Origin: Nitrospirota bacterium
GTDB taxonomy: Bacteria; Nitrospirota; Nitrospiria; 2-01-FULL-66-17
Assembly: GCA_049325335.1 (NCBI GenBank)
Contig: JBMOMC010000045.1
Span: 82,032 to 146,031 of the forward strand
Direction of reading: 5' to 3'
DNA length: 64,000 bases
Within the stretch, counting starts at the first letter, position 1. Each line of letters starts with the position of its first letter. The notes below the pieces were generated by a model. The model had not been told where the DNA came from, did no database searches, and was given only the letters and a program-made list of their open reading frames with translations. A program made the translations under genes and the position numbers. Below are positions 20,863 to 30,805 of the stretch, piece by piece.

Positions 20863-21188
20863 GGGGACTCCGCTCGGCCCAACGTCCGTAGCAGGCGCCC
20901 GCGGAAAATCGTTTTCAGTCGCGCCATCAACAGATCATCACCCACGCGCGAGAATCGTCGATCCAGCGCGGCCACCTGCTCGTCCGGCGACGGCTCGCCC
21001 TCCACCACCACCGGATGCCCCTCCACGACCACCGACGCCACCTCCATGCGGGCGAGGCGTTCGATCAGGGCGACGGTCAACGCGGTGCCCTGGCCGCAAA
21101 TCGGCGGGCCCTGCGACACGCCGGGACGCGTCACGTCGCGCGCCAACACCATACCCTCTGTGGCCAGAGCCAGCGGAATGTGCTGCAT
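20859..21188 (-). CDS. Hypothetical protein resembling the N-terminal module of HD-GYP/HDOD proteins
   Basis: Pattern GMVLARDV...GTALT..LIERL; 4-bp overlap with the HDOD gene. Confidence 0.75.
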   Translation of the reverse strand: MQHIPLALATEGMVLARDVTRPGVSQGPPICGQGTALTVALIERLARMEVASVVVEGHPVVVEGEPSPDEQVAALDRRFSRVGDDLLMARLKTIFRGRLLRTLGRAESP

Positions 21189-21260
21189 CAGGCCTCCCGC
21201 CGTGGGTCCGGCGAACAGCGCGACCGTCGATCGCTCGCGGCGCGTTCCCGCGTCCCGACG

Positions 21261-22661
21261 TTACTTGATGCCATACTTACTCAGCCGGTAACGGAACGAC
21301 CGGAAATCCAGTCCCAACAGACCCGCCGCGTCCTTCTTCACGCCGCTGGCGCGCTGAAGCGCCTTGAGCAAGAGGTCCTTTTCGATCGTCGCCATCACGC
21401 CCTCGAGATCAAGCCCCTTGGCCGGCAGCGTCATGGCCACCGCGTCTTCAGCGCTCCGGGGCAAACAGTCGCGCACTTGGTCGGCCCCGATCGTTCCGCC
21501 CGACGCCAACGCCACGATCCGCTCCATCACATTTTCCAACTCCCGGACATTGCCCCGCCACTCCTGTTTGCCCAGCAGCGCAACCGCATCCGGCTCGATC
21601 CGCATGAGGGTCTTACCCATTTCCCCGGCGAGTTTGCGCAAAAACGCGTCAACCAACAACGGGATATCCTCGGGCCGTTCGCGCAGCGGCGGCAGCCGAA
21701 TCGGAATGACGTCCAACCGGTAATAGAGATCTTCGCGAAACCGCCCTTCGGCGATCGCTTTCTCCAGGTCGCGATTGGTGGCGGCCACGATGCGCACGTC
21801 GCTCTTGAGATCCCGGGTGCCGCCCACGCGTCGAAACTCCTTTTCCTGCAACACGCGCAACAGTTTGACCTGGATACCGAGCGGCGTGTCCCCGATTTCG
21901 TCCAGAAACAACGTGCCTTCGTTGGCGATCTCGAACAAGCCTTCCTTGTTGCTGACCGCCCCCGTGAACGCCCCCTTCATATGGCCGAACAATTCGCTTT
22001 CCAACAGGGGTTCCGGCAAGGCGCTGCAGTTGACGGTCACAAAGGGGCGTTCTTGGCGGCGACTGTTGTAGTGGATCGCCCGCGCCACCAATTCCTTGCC
22101 GGTCCCGCTCTCCCCGAAAATCAGCACGTTGCTGTTGGTATCCGCGACCTTGCGGATCAAGTCCAAGACCTTGGTGAGTTTCTCGCTGCGGCCGACGATC
22201 TGCTCGAACGACGCCCGGTCGCGCACGACTTGTTTGAGACGACTATTTTCCGCCTGGAGCTGTTTTCGCTCCAAGGCGTTTTTTACGACCAGTTTGACCT
22301 CGTCGATCTTGAACGGTTTGGTCAGGTAATCGTAGGCGCCCTCCCGCATGGCCTCCACCGCGGTCTCGGTGGACGCAAACGCGGTCATCATCAAGACGAT
22401 CGTGGTCGGCGACGCGGCCTTCACGGCCTTGAGCACGTCGATGCCGGATAACCCAGGCATTTTGACGTCAGAAATCACCAGATCGTAAATCTCCTTATCG
22501 ATCAAGGAGAGCGCCTCCGGGCCATGCGCGGCCACGGTCACTGCGTACCCTTCTTTTCTCAGCATGATCGAGAGCACTTCCCGCATGCTTTTTTCGTCGT
22601 CAACGATCAAGACCCGAAACACGTTGAGAGCCGCCTCCTCGTCACAGACCGCGGTCGTCAC
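21261..22661 (-). CDS. pilR: Sigma-54 response regulator PilR
   Basis: REC domain, GESGTGKE, GAFTGA and Fis-type HTH (FRSFRYRL); follows pilS. Confidence 0.88.
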   Translation of the reverse strand: MTTAVCDEEAALNVFRVLIVDDEKSMREVLSIMLRKEGYAVTVAAHGPEALSLIDKEIYDLVISDVKMPGLSGIDVLKAVKAASPTTIVLMMTAFASTETAVEAMREGAYDYLTKPFKIDEVKLVVKNALERKQLQAENSRLKQVVRDRASFEQIVGRSEKLTKVLDLIRKVADTNSNVLIFGESGTGKELVARAIHYNSRRQERPFVTVNCSALPEPLLESELFGHMKGAFTGAVSNKEGLFEIANEGTLFLDEIGDTPLGIQVKLLRVLQEKEFRRVGGTRDLKSDVRIVAATNRDLEKAIAEGRFREDLYYRLDVIPIRLPPLRERPEDIPLLVDAFLRKLAGEMGKTLMRIEPDAVALLGKQEWRGNVRELENVMERIVALASGGTIGADQVRDCLPRSAEDAVAMTLPAKGLDLEGVMATIEKDLLLKALQRASGVKKDAAGLLGLDFRSFRYRLSKYGIK

Positions 22662-24358
22662 GACGGCGCGGCCCCCGCCTGCGCGGAATCGCGTGCAACC
22701 CCGGGGTCGTCGGCCGCCCGTGTCGACTCATCCGACGTTCCGGCCGGCAGCGTCACCGTGATCCGCGTGCCCTTGTTCCACTCGCTGTGCACGTCCACCT
22801 GGCCGCGGTGTTCCTCCACGATGCGGTGCACGATCGCCAGTCCCAACCCGGAGCCGCCGGTCTTGGTGGTGAAAAACGGGACGAACATCCGAGGGAGATC
22901 CTCCGGTTTGATGCCGTGTCCGGTATCGCCGACCGTGAGGTGGACCACGGGTCCGCGCTCTGCCGCGACGGCGCGCAGGCGGACGCTCAATTGCCCGCCC
23001 TCCGGCATGGCTTGCAGCGCGTTGAGGACCAGGTTCCAGACCACCTGTCGGATTTGATTGGCGTCCGCTTGGACCCACACCGGCGAGTCGGACAGGTGCT
23101 CGCGCACCTCGACCGCCGGCCGAAAGTCATGGTGCGTGCGCAGCAACGCCAACGTCTCGCGGATCAACCGGGCCAAATCACACGAGCGTTTCCGCGGCGA
23201 GGCCGGCCGCGCGTATAAGAGAAACTGTCCGATCAGCCCATCGAGCCGCTCGGTCTCCCGCAGCACAATGCCCATCAACGCCCCGGGCTCGCCCTCCAAC
23301 CGCAGGTCCTGTTGCAGGACCTCCATCGCGCCGCTGATCGACGCCAGCGGATTGCGGATTTCATGCGCGAGTCCGGCGGCGAGCTCCCCCACGCTGGCCA
23401 ACCGTTCGCGCTGGTGGACCGCGTCCTCCAGCGCCTTGATTTCGGTCAAATCCTGGAAGGTCCCGACCATCCCCATGGGCTCGCCGTTGGAATCCTTCAG
23501 CCACGACAACGTCATGCCCAACAACACGCGTCGACCGTCGCGTCGCGCCACTTCCCGCTCGAACCGATACGGCACGTTGCGCGTGGCGACGCGCGCGTAG
23601 AAGTCGGGACCGTCCTCCCACGCGAAGAGGTCCCAACACGGCCGGCCCAACGCGTCATCGGGAGACAATCCCAGCATTGTATAGGCCGCGGGATTCAACG
23701 ACGTCACGCGGCCGTTCAGGTCGGCGGTCACGAGCCCGCTGCTCATGCTCTGGACGATGTTTTCATGGAACGCGGAGAGGGTCCGAAACCCGGTTTCGCG
23801 TTCGTGGAGTCGGCGCGTGGCGGCGGTGGCGGTCGCCACCAGGTGATTGCCCAACAGGAATACCGCGACGAACGCCACCACGCGCATGACCACCGGCGTA
23901 AGTCCGCTGCGCTGCGCCCACCAGCTCGCCACGTCCACGCTCGACATGGACGGCCATGCCACCGCCGCGTAAATCGCGCTGGAGGCCACCGTGGCGACCA
24001 AGCCTCCGGCGGGGCCCAAGACCATGGTGCCCGCCAAGATCACCACCGGATACAAAAACGTAAACGGGCTCTCGATCCGTCCGGTCATCCCGACGACGAC
24101 GGTGATACACGCCAGATCGCCCGCGAGCTGCGCGATGGCGAACAACTGATCCCATCGCGAACTGAGCCACTTGAGCGCGAGCGCATAGACGATCGTCAAC
24201 GTATACGTGCCGACGATCAACAGGCCGAACAGGCGGGTGGTCGGGTCGTCCGAGCCCCTCGTATTGAGAGCCAAGAAGAGCCCCAGGAACACGGTGACCA
24301 CCACCACGCGGAGGCCGATCACCCACCGCAGCTTCGCTCGGATCGGCTCCGCGCTCAC
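22658..24358 (-). CDS. pilS: Membrane sensor histidine kinase PilS
   Basis: N-terminal TM helices, PAS, AHEIRNPL and HATPase boxes; follows pilC. Confidence 0.88.
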   Translation of the reverse strand: MSAEPIRAKLRWVIGLRVVVVTVFLGLFLALNTRGSDDPTTRLFGLLIVGTYTLTIVYALALKWLSSRWDQLFAIAQLAGDLACITVVVGMTGRIESPFTFLYPVVILAGTMVLGPAGGLVATVASSAIYAAVAWPSMSSVDVASWWAQRSGLTPVVMRVVAFVAVFLLGNHLVATATAATRRLHERETGFRTLSAFHENIVQSMSSGLVTADLNGRVTSLNPAAYTMLGLSPDDALGRPCWDLFAWEDGPDFYARVATRNVPYRFEREVARRDGRRVLLGMTLSWLKDSNGEPMGMVGTFQDLTEIKALEDAVHQRERLASVGELAAGLAHEIRNPLASISGAMEVLQQDLRLEGEPGALMGIVLRETERLDGLIGQFLLYARPASPRKRSCDLARLIRETLALLRTHHDFRPAVEVREHLSDSPVWVQADANQIRQVVWNLVLNALQAMPEGGQLSVRLRAVAAERGPVVHLTVGDTGHGIKPEDLPRMFVPFFTTKTGGSGLGLAIVHRIVEEHRGQVDVHSEWNKGTRITVTLPAGTSDESTRAADDPGVARDSAQAGAAPS

Positions 24359-24415
24359 GCGCCGGCTCCCACGCCCGGCGTTGGGACGTCGCGACGAGGG
24401 AACCCCGCGCGCACA

Positions 24416-25624
24416 TCAGCCCACGACGGATCCCATCTGGAAGATGGGCAGGTACATCGCGATGACGATGAACCCGATCGTGATACCGAGAAACACCATG
24501 AGCATCGGCTCAAGGAGCGAGGTCAACGCCCCGACCGCGGTGTCCACCTCGTCGTCGTAAAAGTCCGCGATCTTGGACAACATGGCGTCCAACGCGCCGG
24601 TGGTTTCGCCGACCGAAATCATCTGGACCACCATCGGCGGGAACACTTTGGTCTGCGCCAACGGCTCGGACACGGTTTTCCCTTCGCTGATGCTCTGACG
24701 CGCGGTCATCAGGGCCTGTTCCACGGTTTTGTTGCCCGCCGTTCGTGCCACGATCGAAAGACCGTCCAGAATGGGGACGCCGCTGGAAATCAGCGTGCCG
24801 AGCGTGCGCGTGAACTTCGCCACCGCGGCTTTTCGGATCAAGTCCCCGACCACCGGAATCTTGAGCGCGTTGTGATCGATCAGCTTTCGGCCGCCCTCGG
24901 TCGCGTAGTAGCGCTTGACGGCCCAGCCGGCTCCGACCGCGCCCAGCACGATGAAGATAATGTTGCTCTTCATAAAACCGCTCGCGGCCATCACAATCCG
25001 CGTGGGAAGCGGCAACACCCCGCCGAAATCCGTGAACATGCTGGCGAAGATCGGGATCACCCACACCATCAACACACCGATTACGATGACCGCGACGCTG
25101 ATAATGATGCCGGGATACACCATCGCGGCCTTGACCTGCTTCTTGAGCTTCATCGACTTCTCGATGTGTTTGGCGAGACGGCTCAGGATCGTATCCAGAA
25201 TCCCGCCGGCTTCCCCGGCCGCCACCATGTTCACATACAAGTCGTCGAACACCTTGGGGTGTTTGCGCAACGCGTCGGCGTACGTCGCCCCGCTCTCCAC
25301 GTCGGCTCGGACCACTCCGACCGTTTTGGCCAGGGTCTTATTTTCGGTTTGGTTGGAGAGAATCTCCAGGCACTGCACCAGCGGCAACCCGGCGTCGATC
25401 ATCGTGGAAAACTGTCGGGTGAAAATCACGATATCTTTTTCGCCGACCTTGCCGCCAAAGCGCCCTCCGACCTTCTTCTCGGCCGGCTTGGGCTGCACCG
25501 ACGGCGACACGATGTTTTGTTTGCGCAATTGCGAGATTGCGTCTTCCTTACTCTGAGCGACCAGTTCGCCCTTTTGGGCTTGCCCCTGGCGGGTTTTGCC
25601 GCTCCACACGAATGTCGTCGCCAT
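24416..25624 (-). CDS. pilC: Type IV pilus platform protein
   Basis: Motifs FTRQFSTMIDAGLPL, AAGEAGGILD and AMYLPIF. Confidence 0.96.
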   Translation of the reverse strand: MATTFVWSGKTRQGQAQKGELVAQSKEDAISQLRKQNIVSPSVQPKPAEKKVGGRFGGKVGEKDIVIFTRQFSTMIDAGLPLVQCLEILSNQTENKTLAKTVGVVRADVESGATYADALRKHPKVFDDLYVNMVAAGEAGGILDTILSRLAKHIEKSMKLKKQVKAAMVYPGIIISVAVIVIGVLMVWVIPIFASMFTDFGGVLPLPTRIVMAASGFMKSNIIFIVLGAVGAGWAVKRYYATEGGRKLIDHNALKIPVVGDLIRKAAVAKFTRTLGTLISSGVPILDGLSIVARTAGNKTVEQALMTARQSISEGKTVSEPLAQTKVFPPMVVQMISVGETTGALDAMLSKIADFYDDEVDTAVGALTSLLEPMLMVFLGITIGFIVIAMYLPIFQMGSVVG

Positions 25625-25656
25625 GGTGTCCTAGCCTCCTCCCGGCCCCGTCAGGG

Positions 25657-26766
25657 CTATTTAACGATCCCGACCCGTCGCGGCGCCGGCGCGTGACTGA
25701 GCCCGGCGCGGTCCATCATGGAGAGCAGCTCGTCGGTCACGCTCGACCGCGCCATCGCGTCTTCATACGAGATGTTGCGCTTGCTGTAGTGATCCAACAG
25801 GGACTGGTTCATGGTCTGCATGCCGAACTTGTTCTGCCCCGTTTGCATCGTCGAATAAATCTGGTGCACCTTGTCCTCGCGGATGAGATTGCGGATCGCA
25901 GGGTTCGGCACCATCACTTCCATGGCCATGACGCGCCCCTGGCCGTTGGCTTTAGGAATCAATTGCTGTGAAATAACCCCCTCCAGCACGAACGAGAGTT
26001 GCGCGCGCACCTGCGGCTGTTGGTGCGCGGGGAACACGTCCACGACCCGGTTGATGGTCTGCGCGCAACTGTTCGTGTGCAGCGTGGCCAAGGTCAGGTG
26101 GCCGGTCTCCGCGATGGTCAACGCGGCCTCGATCGTCTCCAGGTCGCGCAACTCGCCGACCAGCACTACGTCGGGGTCCTGGCGGAGGATGTATTTCAAC
26201 GCGGACTTAAACGTCTTGGTGTCCGACGTCACTTCGCGCTGGTTGATAAGCGATTTTTTATGGCCGTGAATAAACTCGATCGGGTCCTCGATCGTGATGA
26301 TGTGATCGTGGCGTTCGGAGTTAATCCGGTCGATCATGGCGGCCAATGTGGTGGACTTGCCGCTCCCGGTGGGGCCGGTCACCAAAATGAGGCCGCGAGG
26401 CCGCTTGATGAGCTCGGAAATGACCGAGGGCAGGCCCAGCTCCTCCATGGTTTTGGTTTGGATAGGGATGACGCGGATCGCGGCCGCAACCGCGCCGCGT
26501 TGCATGAACACGTTCGCCCGAAACCGGCTTAATCCCTTGAGGCCGAACGAGAGGTCAAGTTCGCTCTCTTCTTCGAACCGATGTTTCTGTGCGTCCGTCA
26601 ACACGCTGTAGATGAGCTGCTTGGTTTCGGCCGGCCCCAACACGGGGTGGTTCATCGGCGTCAGATGGCCGTTCAACCGCATTTGCGGAGCCGTGCCGGT
26701 CGTAATATGCAGGTCCGACGCGCCCTTTTCGATCATCTGTTGCAGCATCTCGTACAGCGTGGACAT
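25657..26766 (-). CDS. pilT: Type IV pilus retraction ATPase
   Basis: Motifs ASDLH, GPTGSGKST, LRQDPD and AIRNLIRE. Confidence 0.97.
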   Translation of the reverse strand: MSTLYEMLQQMIEKGASDLHITTGTAPQMRLNGHLTPMNHPVLGPAETKQLIYSVLTDAQKHRFEEESELDLSFGLKGLSRFRANVFMQRGAVAAAIRVIPIQTKTMEELGLPSVISELIKRPRGLILVTGPTGSGKSTTLAAMIDRINSERHDHIITIEDPIEFIHGHKKSLINQREVTSDTKTFKSALKYILRQDPDVVLVGELRDLETIEAALTIAETGHLTLATLHTNSCAQTINRVVDVFPAHQQPQVRAQLSFVLEGVISQQLIPKANGQGRVMAMEVMVPNPAIRNLIREDKVHQIYSTMQTGQNKFGMQTMNQSLLDHYSKRNISYEDAMARSSVTDELLSMMDRAGLSHAPAPRRVGIVK

Positions 26767-26806
26767 CAGCGATGACCCTCCCTCTCGTCAAGTGAACGCG
26801 GCACGC

Positions 26807-28651
26807 TCAATCGGCAAAGGTCGTACCGACCACTTCCTCAACCGTGGTGAACCCTTCGCGGACCTTTTGCAACCCGGCCATGCGCAAGGTTTTCATCCCG
26901 GTTTCGATGGCCTTGCGTTTGATTTCATCCGCGGTTCCTCCTTGTAGGATCAACTCGCGAATCCCTTCGCCGACCGGCATCACTTCATATAACGCGACCC
27001 GGCCCTTGTACCCGGTGTCCGTACACGTCTGACACCCTTTGCCGTGATACGTTTTCAACGAGCCGACCTCGGACGGCGAGAACCCGGCCGTGATCAGCGT
27101 CTCCTCCGAAAGCTTGATCTCTTCTTTACATTGAGAACAGATCCGCCGCGCCAAACGCTGAGCCAAAATCAGGACCACCGACGACGCCACCATAAACGGC
27201 TCGATGCCCATGTTCAGCAATCGGTTGATGGTGCTCGGCGCGTCATTAGTGTGGAGCGTGGACAACACCAAGTGGCCGGTCAGCGCGGCCTTCACTGCGA
27301 TTTCGGCCGTTTCATAGTCGCGGATTTCGCCGACCATCACCACGTCCGGGTCCTGACGGAGAAAGGACCGCAGCGCCGCCGCAAAATTCAGCCCGATATC
27401 GTCCTTCATCTGCACCTGGTTGATGCCCATTAGGTTGTATTCGACCGGGTCTTCCGCGGTCATGATGTTGATGTCCGGCTGATTGATCGTGGACAAGGCG
27501 GAATACAACGTGGTGGATTTGCCGCTCCCGGTCGGCCCCGTCACCAACACCATGCCGTAGGGCGAGTTGATCGCCTTCATGAAATCATCCATCGCCTTTT
27601 GTTCGAACCCCAGTTTGCCGAGATCAAGCGACAGATTGCTCTTGTCCAGAATACGGAGCACGACCTTCTCGCCGAACAAACACGGCAGCACCGAGACGCG
27701 GAAATCCACGTCGCGTTTCTTGCTCAGTTTCAGTTTGATGCGCCCATCTTGGGGCAGCCGCCGTTCCGCGATATCGAGTTTGGACATGATCTTAATTCGC
27801 GATGTCGCCGCGTTGCGGATCTTGAGCGGAAGATTCATCACCGTCTTGAGCGCGCCGTCCACCCGGAATCGGACGCGGAACACCGTCTCAAACGGTTCAA
27901 TGTGAATATCACTGGCGCCGACTTTGATGGCGTTGATCAACACGCCGTTGACCAATTTGATGATCGGCGCCTCGATGTCGGTCTCTGCGCCGGTGTCCTG
28001 CTGTTCTTCGACCACATCGACGTTGTCGAGCGCGTCGCCGACGACTTGATCGAAATCTTCCACGTTGACGGTGGGGCCTTCCTCGGTCTCCGCGAACGTG
28101 GTCTCACCGATGTCGTCCACCGTGTAGTCTTTCGCGCTCAGAATCGCGGCGCGGTCATGCTTGGCGGCCTCTTGCGGCTGCCCCTGCCCGCCGCCGTATG
28201 CGGCTTGGATGGCCGAGATGATCGAGGACTCGCTTGCCACCACCGGTTCGATGGTGTAGCCGGTCAGGAATTTAATGTCATCGAGCGCGAACACGTCGCT
28301 CGGGTCGGCCATCGCCAAGGTCACGACTGATCCGGTTCGCTTCACCGGGACCACCTTATATTTCTTGATGGCGTCGGCCGGTATCAACTTCATCACGGCC
28401 GGGTCGACTTTGATCTTGGAGAGATCAACGGACGGCATCCCGAACTGCTGGCTGAGAAACGCGAGCAATTTGGCTTCATCCAGAAAGCCCATCCGCACGA
28501 GAATACTGCCCAAACGCCCGCCGGTTTTTTTCTGCGCGATGATCGCGCGCTGCAGTTGATCGTCGGAGACCAGTTGAGCCGCAACGAGAAGGCGCCCCAG
28601 CTTTTCGCTGGCGACCGTAGAAGGCGGCGGAGAAGATGGGGTTGCGGGCAT
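26807..28651 (-). CDS. pilB: Type IV pilus assembly ATPase with N-terminal MshEN domain
   Basis: Motifs ASDIHIEP, RLPQDG, GPTGSGKST and the 4-Cys motif; start probably ATG 28651. Confidence 0.96.
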   Translation of the reverse strand: MPATPSSPPPSTVASEKLGRLLVAAQLVSDDQLQRAIIAQKKTGGRLGSILVRMGFLDEAKLLAFLSQQFGMPSVDLSKIKVDPAVMKLIPADAIKKYKVVPVKRTGSVVTLAMADPSDVFALDDIKFLTGYTIEPVVASESSIISAIQAAYGGGQGQPQEAAKHDRAAILSAKDYTVDDIGETTFAETEEGPTVNVEDFDQVVGDALDNVDVVEEQQDTGAETDIEAPIIKLVNGVLINAIKVGASDIHIEPFETVFRVRFRVDGALKTVMNLPLKIRNAATSRIKIMSKLDIAERRLPQDGRIKLKLSKKRDVDFRVSVLPCLFGEKVVLRILDKSNLSLDLGKLGFEQKAMDDFMKAINSPYGMVLVTGPTGSGKSTTLYSALSTINQPDINIMTAEDPVEYNLMGINQVQMKDDIGLNFAAALRSFLRQDPDVVMVGEIRDYETAEIAVKAALTGHLVLSTLHTNDAPSTINRLLNMGIEPFMVASSVVLILAQRLARRICSQCKEEIKLSEETLITAGFSPSEVGSLKTYHGKGCQTCTDTGYKGRVALYEVMPVGEGIRELILQGGTADEIKRKAIETGMKTLRMAGLQKVREGFTTVEEVVGTTFAD

Positions 28652-28679
28652 CGTCCGTGATGTCTGAAGAACGGGCGAA

Positions 28680-28718
28680 AGTCTAATCGAGGGGTCAACC
28701 TTTGTCAAAAAGTTGACA
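28680..28718 (-). promoter_or_regulatory. pilB sigma70 promoter with overlapping operator
   Basis: Minus strand TTGACA-N17-TAGACT; inverted repeat TGTCAA-N4-TTGACA at 28703-28718. Confidence 0.65.
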
Positions 28719-28739
28719 TTTTTTGTCTCCGCGCCACGG

Positions 28740-29621
28740 TCATTGCGTGTGAATAGAATGGATCAGCGCCCGCCGCATGACCTGAATGGGCGGTCGACGA
28801 CCGGTCCACACCGTGAAGGCCAACGCGCCTTGGTGCAACAACATGCCCACGCCGCCCGCGCAGGCCGACCCGAGGGCGCGGGCGCGGCGCAGCAGGGCGG
28901 TCGGGGTGTGATAGATCAGGTCGTACACGGCGACGCGCGGCTCCAACCAGTGAATGGGCACCGGCGAGCCGTCTTCCGGCCGCATGCCCACGGACGTGCA
29001 CTGAATCACGGCCCGCAGGGTCCGGGCGGGCGGCAGCGCCTCCAGGGAACGGCCGACCCATTCCACCCCGGGAAACAACCGCCGAAACCGGCGGACCAGG
29101 CCCTGGGCTCTGGACGTCGAACGGTTCGCGACCACCACGGCTCGCGCGCCGGACATCGCCAGTCCCGCGGCCACAGCCCGCGCCGCGCCGCCCGCGCCCA
29201 CGACCAGAAAACGTCCGCCGCGGACCGTGACCCCGGTATCCTCGCGCAACGACCGCAAAAACCCCCGGGCATCGGTGTTCTGCCCGATCAGTCGCCCGTC
29301 CCGACAGACGATGGTGTTGACGGCCCCGATGATCCTTGCCTCCGGCGACACGTCATCTAACATCGGGATCACCAGTTCCTTCAGGGGAATCGTCACATTG
29401 GCCCCGACCATGCCCAGCGCCCGGAGGCCGTGGACCGCGTGTCGCAGGTTTTTCGGCGGCACCGCGAAGGCCACGTATCGGTAATCGAGCCCCAATGCGG
29501 CAAAGGCCGCGTTGTGCATGGCCGGGGACCGACTGTGCGCAACCGGCCACCCCAACACCGCCACCACGCGCGTGCGGCCGGAGATGGCCGGCACGGGAAC
29601 CCGCGCCGCGAGCCGGCTCAC
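28740..29621 (-). CDS. aroE: Shikimate dehydrogenase
   Basis: Motifs HSRSPAMHN, NVTIPLK, NTD and GAGGAA; GTG start overlaps the pgsA stop. Confidence 0.95.
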   Translation of the reverse strand: MSRLAARVPVPAISGRTRVVAVLGWPVAHSRSPAMHNAAFAALGLDYRYVAFAVPPKNLRHAVHGLRALGMVGANVTIPLKELVIPMLDDVSPEARIIGAVNTIVCRDGRLIGQNTDARGFLRSLREDTGVTVRGGRFLVVGAGGAARAVAAGLAMSGARAVVVANRSTSRAQGLVRRFRRLFPGVEWVGRSLEALPPARTLRAVIQCTSVGMRPEDGSPVPIHWLEPRVAVYDLIYHTPTALLRRARALGSACAGGVGMLLHQGALAFTVWTGRRPPIQVMRRALIHSIHTQ

Positions 29622-30163
29622 GCCCGCACTCCCTGCTGAGCGCCAAGAATTTGCACCCCTCGTATCAGATAGTGCAGACCCGACGCCACGGTGAGGACGG
29701 AGACCCCGCCCAGCGATACCAGGATCACCCATCCGGGCAACGGCATGGTGGTCCCCGCCAGCACGGCCAGGATGTAGACGAGTTGGAGCACGGTCGTGGC
29801 CTTTCCCATCAAAGTCGGAGCAATGTCCGGTTGCTCACGAAAGAGGTGGAGCACCAGGGAACCCACGCTGATGATGATGTCTCGGCTCACCACAATAATC
29901 GTGACCCACAGCGGCACGAACCCTCCCACGGACAGCACCACGAACGCCGCCACCAGGAGGAGCTTATCCGCCAACGGGTCCAGATACCGGCCCAAGGTCG
30001 TTTGCTGATTGAGCAGGCGCGCGATCAGGCCATCCAGGGCATCCGTCAGCCCGGCGACCAAAAACACCACTAGTGCGGTTGAAAGATGGCCGTAGAGTAC
30101 GAGGCCCACAAACAGCGGGACCAACAGGATACGAAGCAGGGTCAATGCATTCGGGATATTCAC
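29618..30163 (-). CDS. pgsA: CDP-alcohol phosphatidyltransferase (PgsA-like)
   Basis: Motifs NIPNALTLLR and DALDGLIAR...GRYLDPLADK. Confidence 0.85.
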   Translation of the reverse strand: MNIPNALTLLRILLVPLFVGLVLYGHLSTALVVFLVAGLTDALDGLIARLLNQQTTLGRYLDPLADKLLLVAAFVVLSVGGFVPLWVTIIVVSRDIIISVGSLVLHLFREQPDIAPTLMGKATTVLQLVYILAVLAGTTMPLPGWVILVSLGGVSVLTVASGLHYLIRGVQILGAQQGVRA

Positions 30164-30400
30164 GGACGGCTCCCCCCCATGACCACGACCAACGCCCCTG
30201 CGGATGGCGCAATCCACAAAAACTGTTGACAACGTGTGCACAACCGCGCCTTCGCGTCAAGAATCGCCCGGCATCATCGGTGTTTCAAGCGTGTTGCCTA
30301 AAACGTGGGCACACGTTTGCACAGTATTTCAATGAGTTCGATTCCGATAGGGGTACCCGGTCCACGCCAACGCCGCTGTGGGCCACCCCACACATGGGGC

Positions 30401-30430
30401 TTGCCCTCGATCCTTTGACACAGGTATAAT
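30401..30430 (+). promoter_or_regulatory. Possible sigma70 promoter
   Basis: TTGCCC-N18-TATAAT upstream of the 30508 ORF. Confidence 0.45.
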
Positions 30431-30507
30431 TCCCGCCTCTTACTCGAGGGATACGCCGGAATGGTTGGACCGATCCTCCGCACGGCTCGCAAGGGAGAGC
30501 GTCTATT

Positions 30508-30798
30508 ATGATGATGGAAATTCACCAAGTTGAAGGGTTTGATCCTCAACATCGCTCGTTTAATCGCAACGCGGAGATCCACCGCGGTGAGCAAGGCCTG
30601 TCCGCCCGGTTTTTCTATGAAGGGCTCCGCGTGGATACCGGGACGTTTTTTGAGGTCGAGCAGGTCATGCACGATCTGATCGAACGCCTCCGCCGGGTGG
30701 GCTTTACCCTGCTGCGGTCGCGCGTGAATTTTCGAGGCTCCCGCTACCTGGCCGAACGCCAACCCTGGATCGACTATCCGGACCCGGTCGCGCGTTGA
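30508..30798 (+). CDS. Hypothetical protein
   Basis: RBS AAGGGAG; protein-like composition; fills the gap between two operons. Confidence 0.7.
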   Translation: MMMEIHQVEGFDPQHRSFNRNAEIHRGEQGLSARFFYEGLRVDTGTFFEVEQVMHDLIERLRRVGFTLLRSRVNFRGSRYLAERQPWIDYPDPVAR

Positions 30799-30805
30799 CC
30801 TCCGG

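Noticed and set aside
30415..30430. TTGACA and TATAAT read as one promoter
   Set aside because: Only 4 bp apart; TTGCCC at 30401 fits better as the -35.
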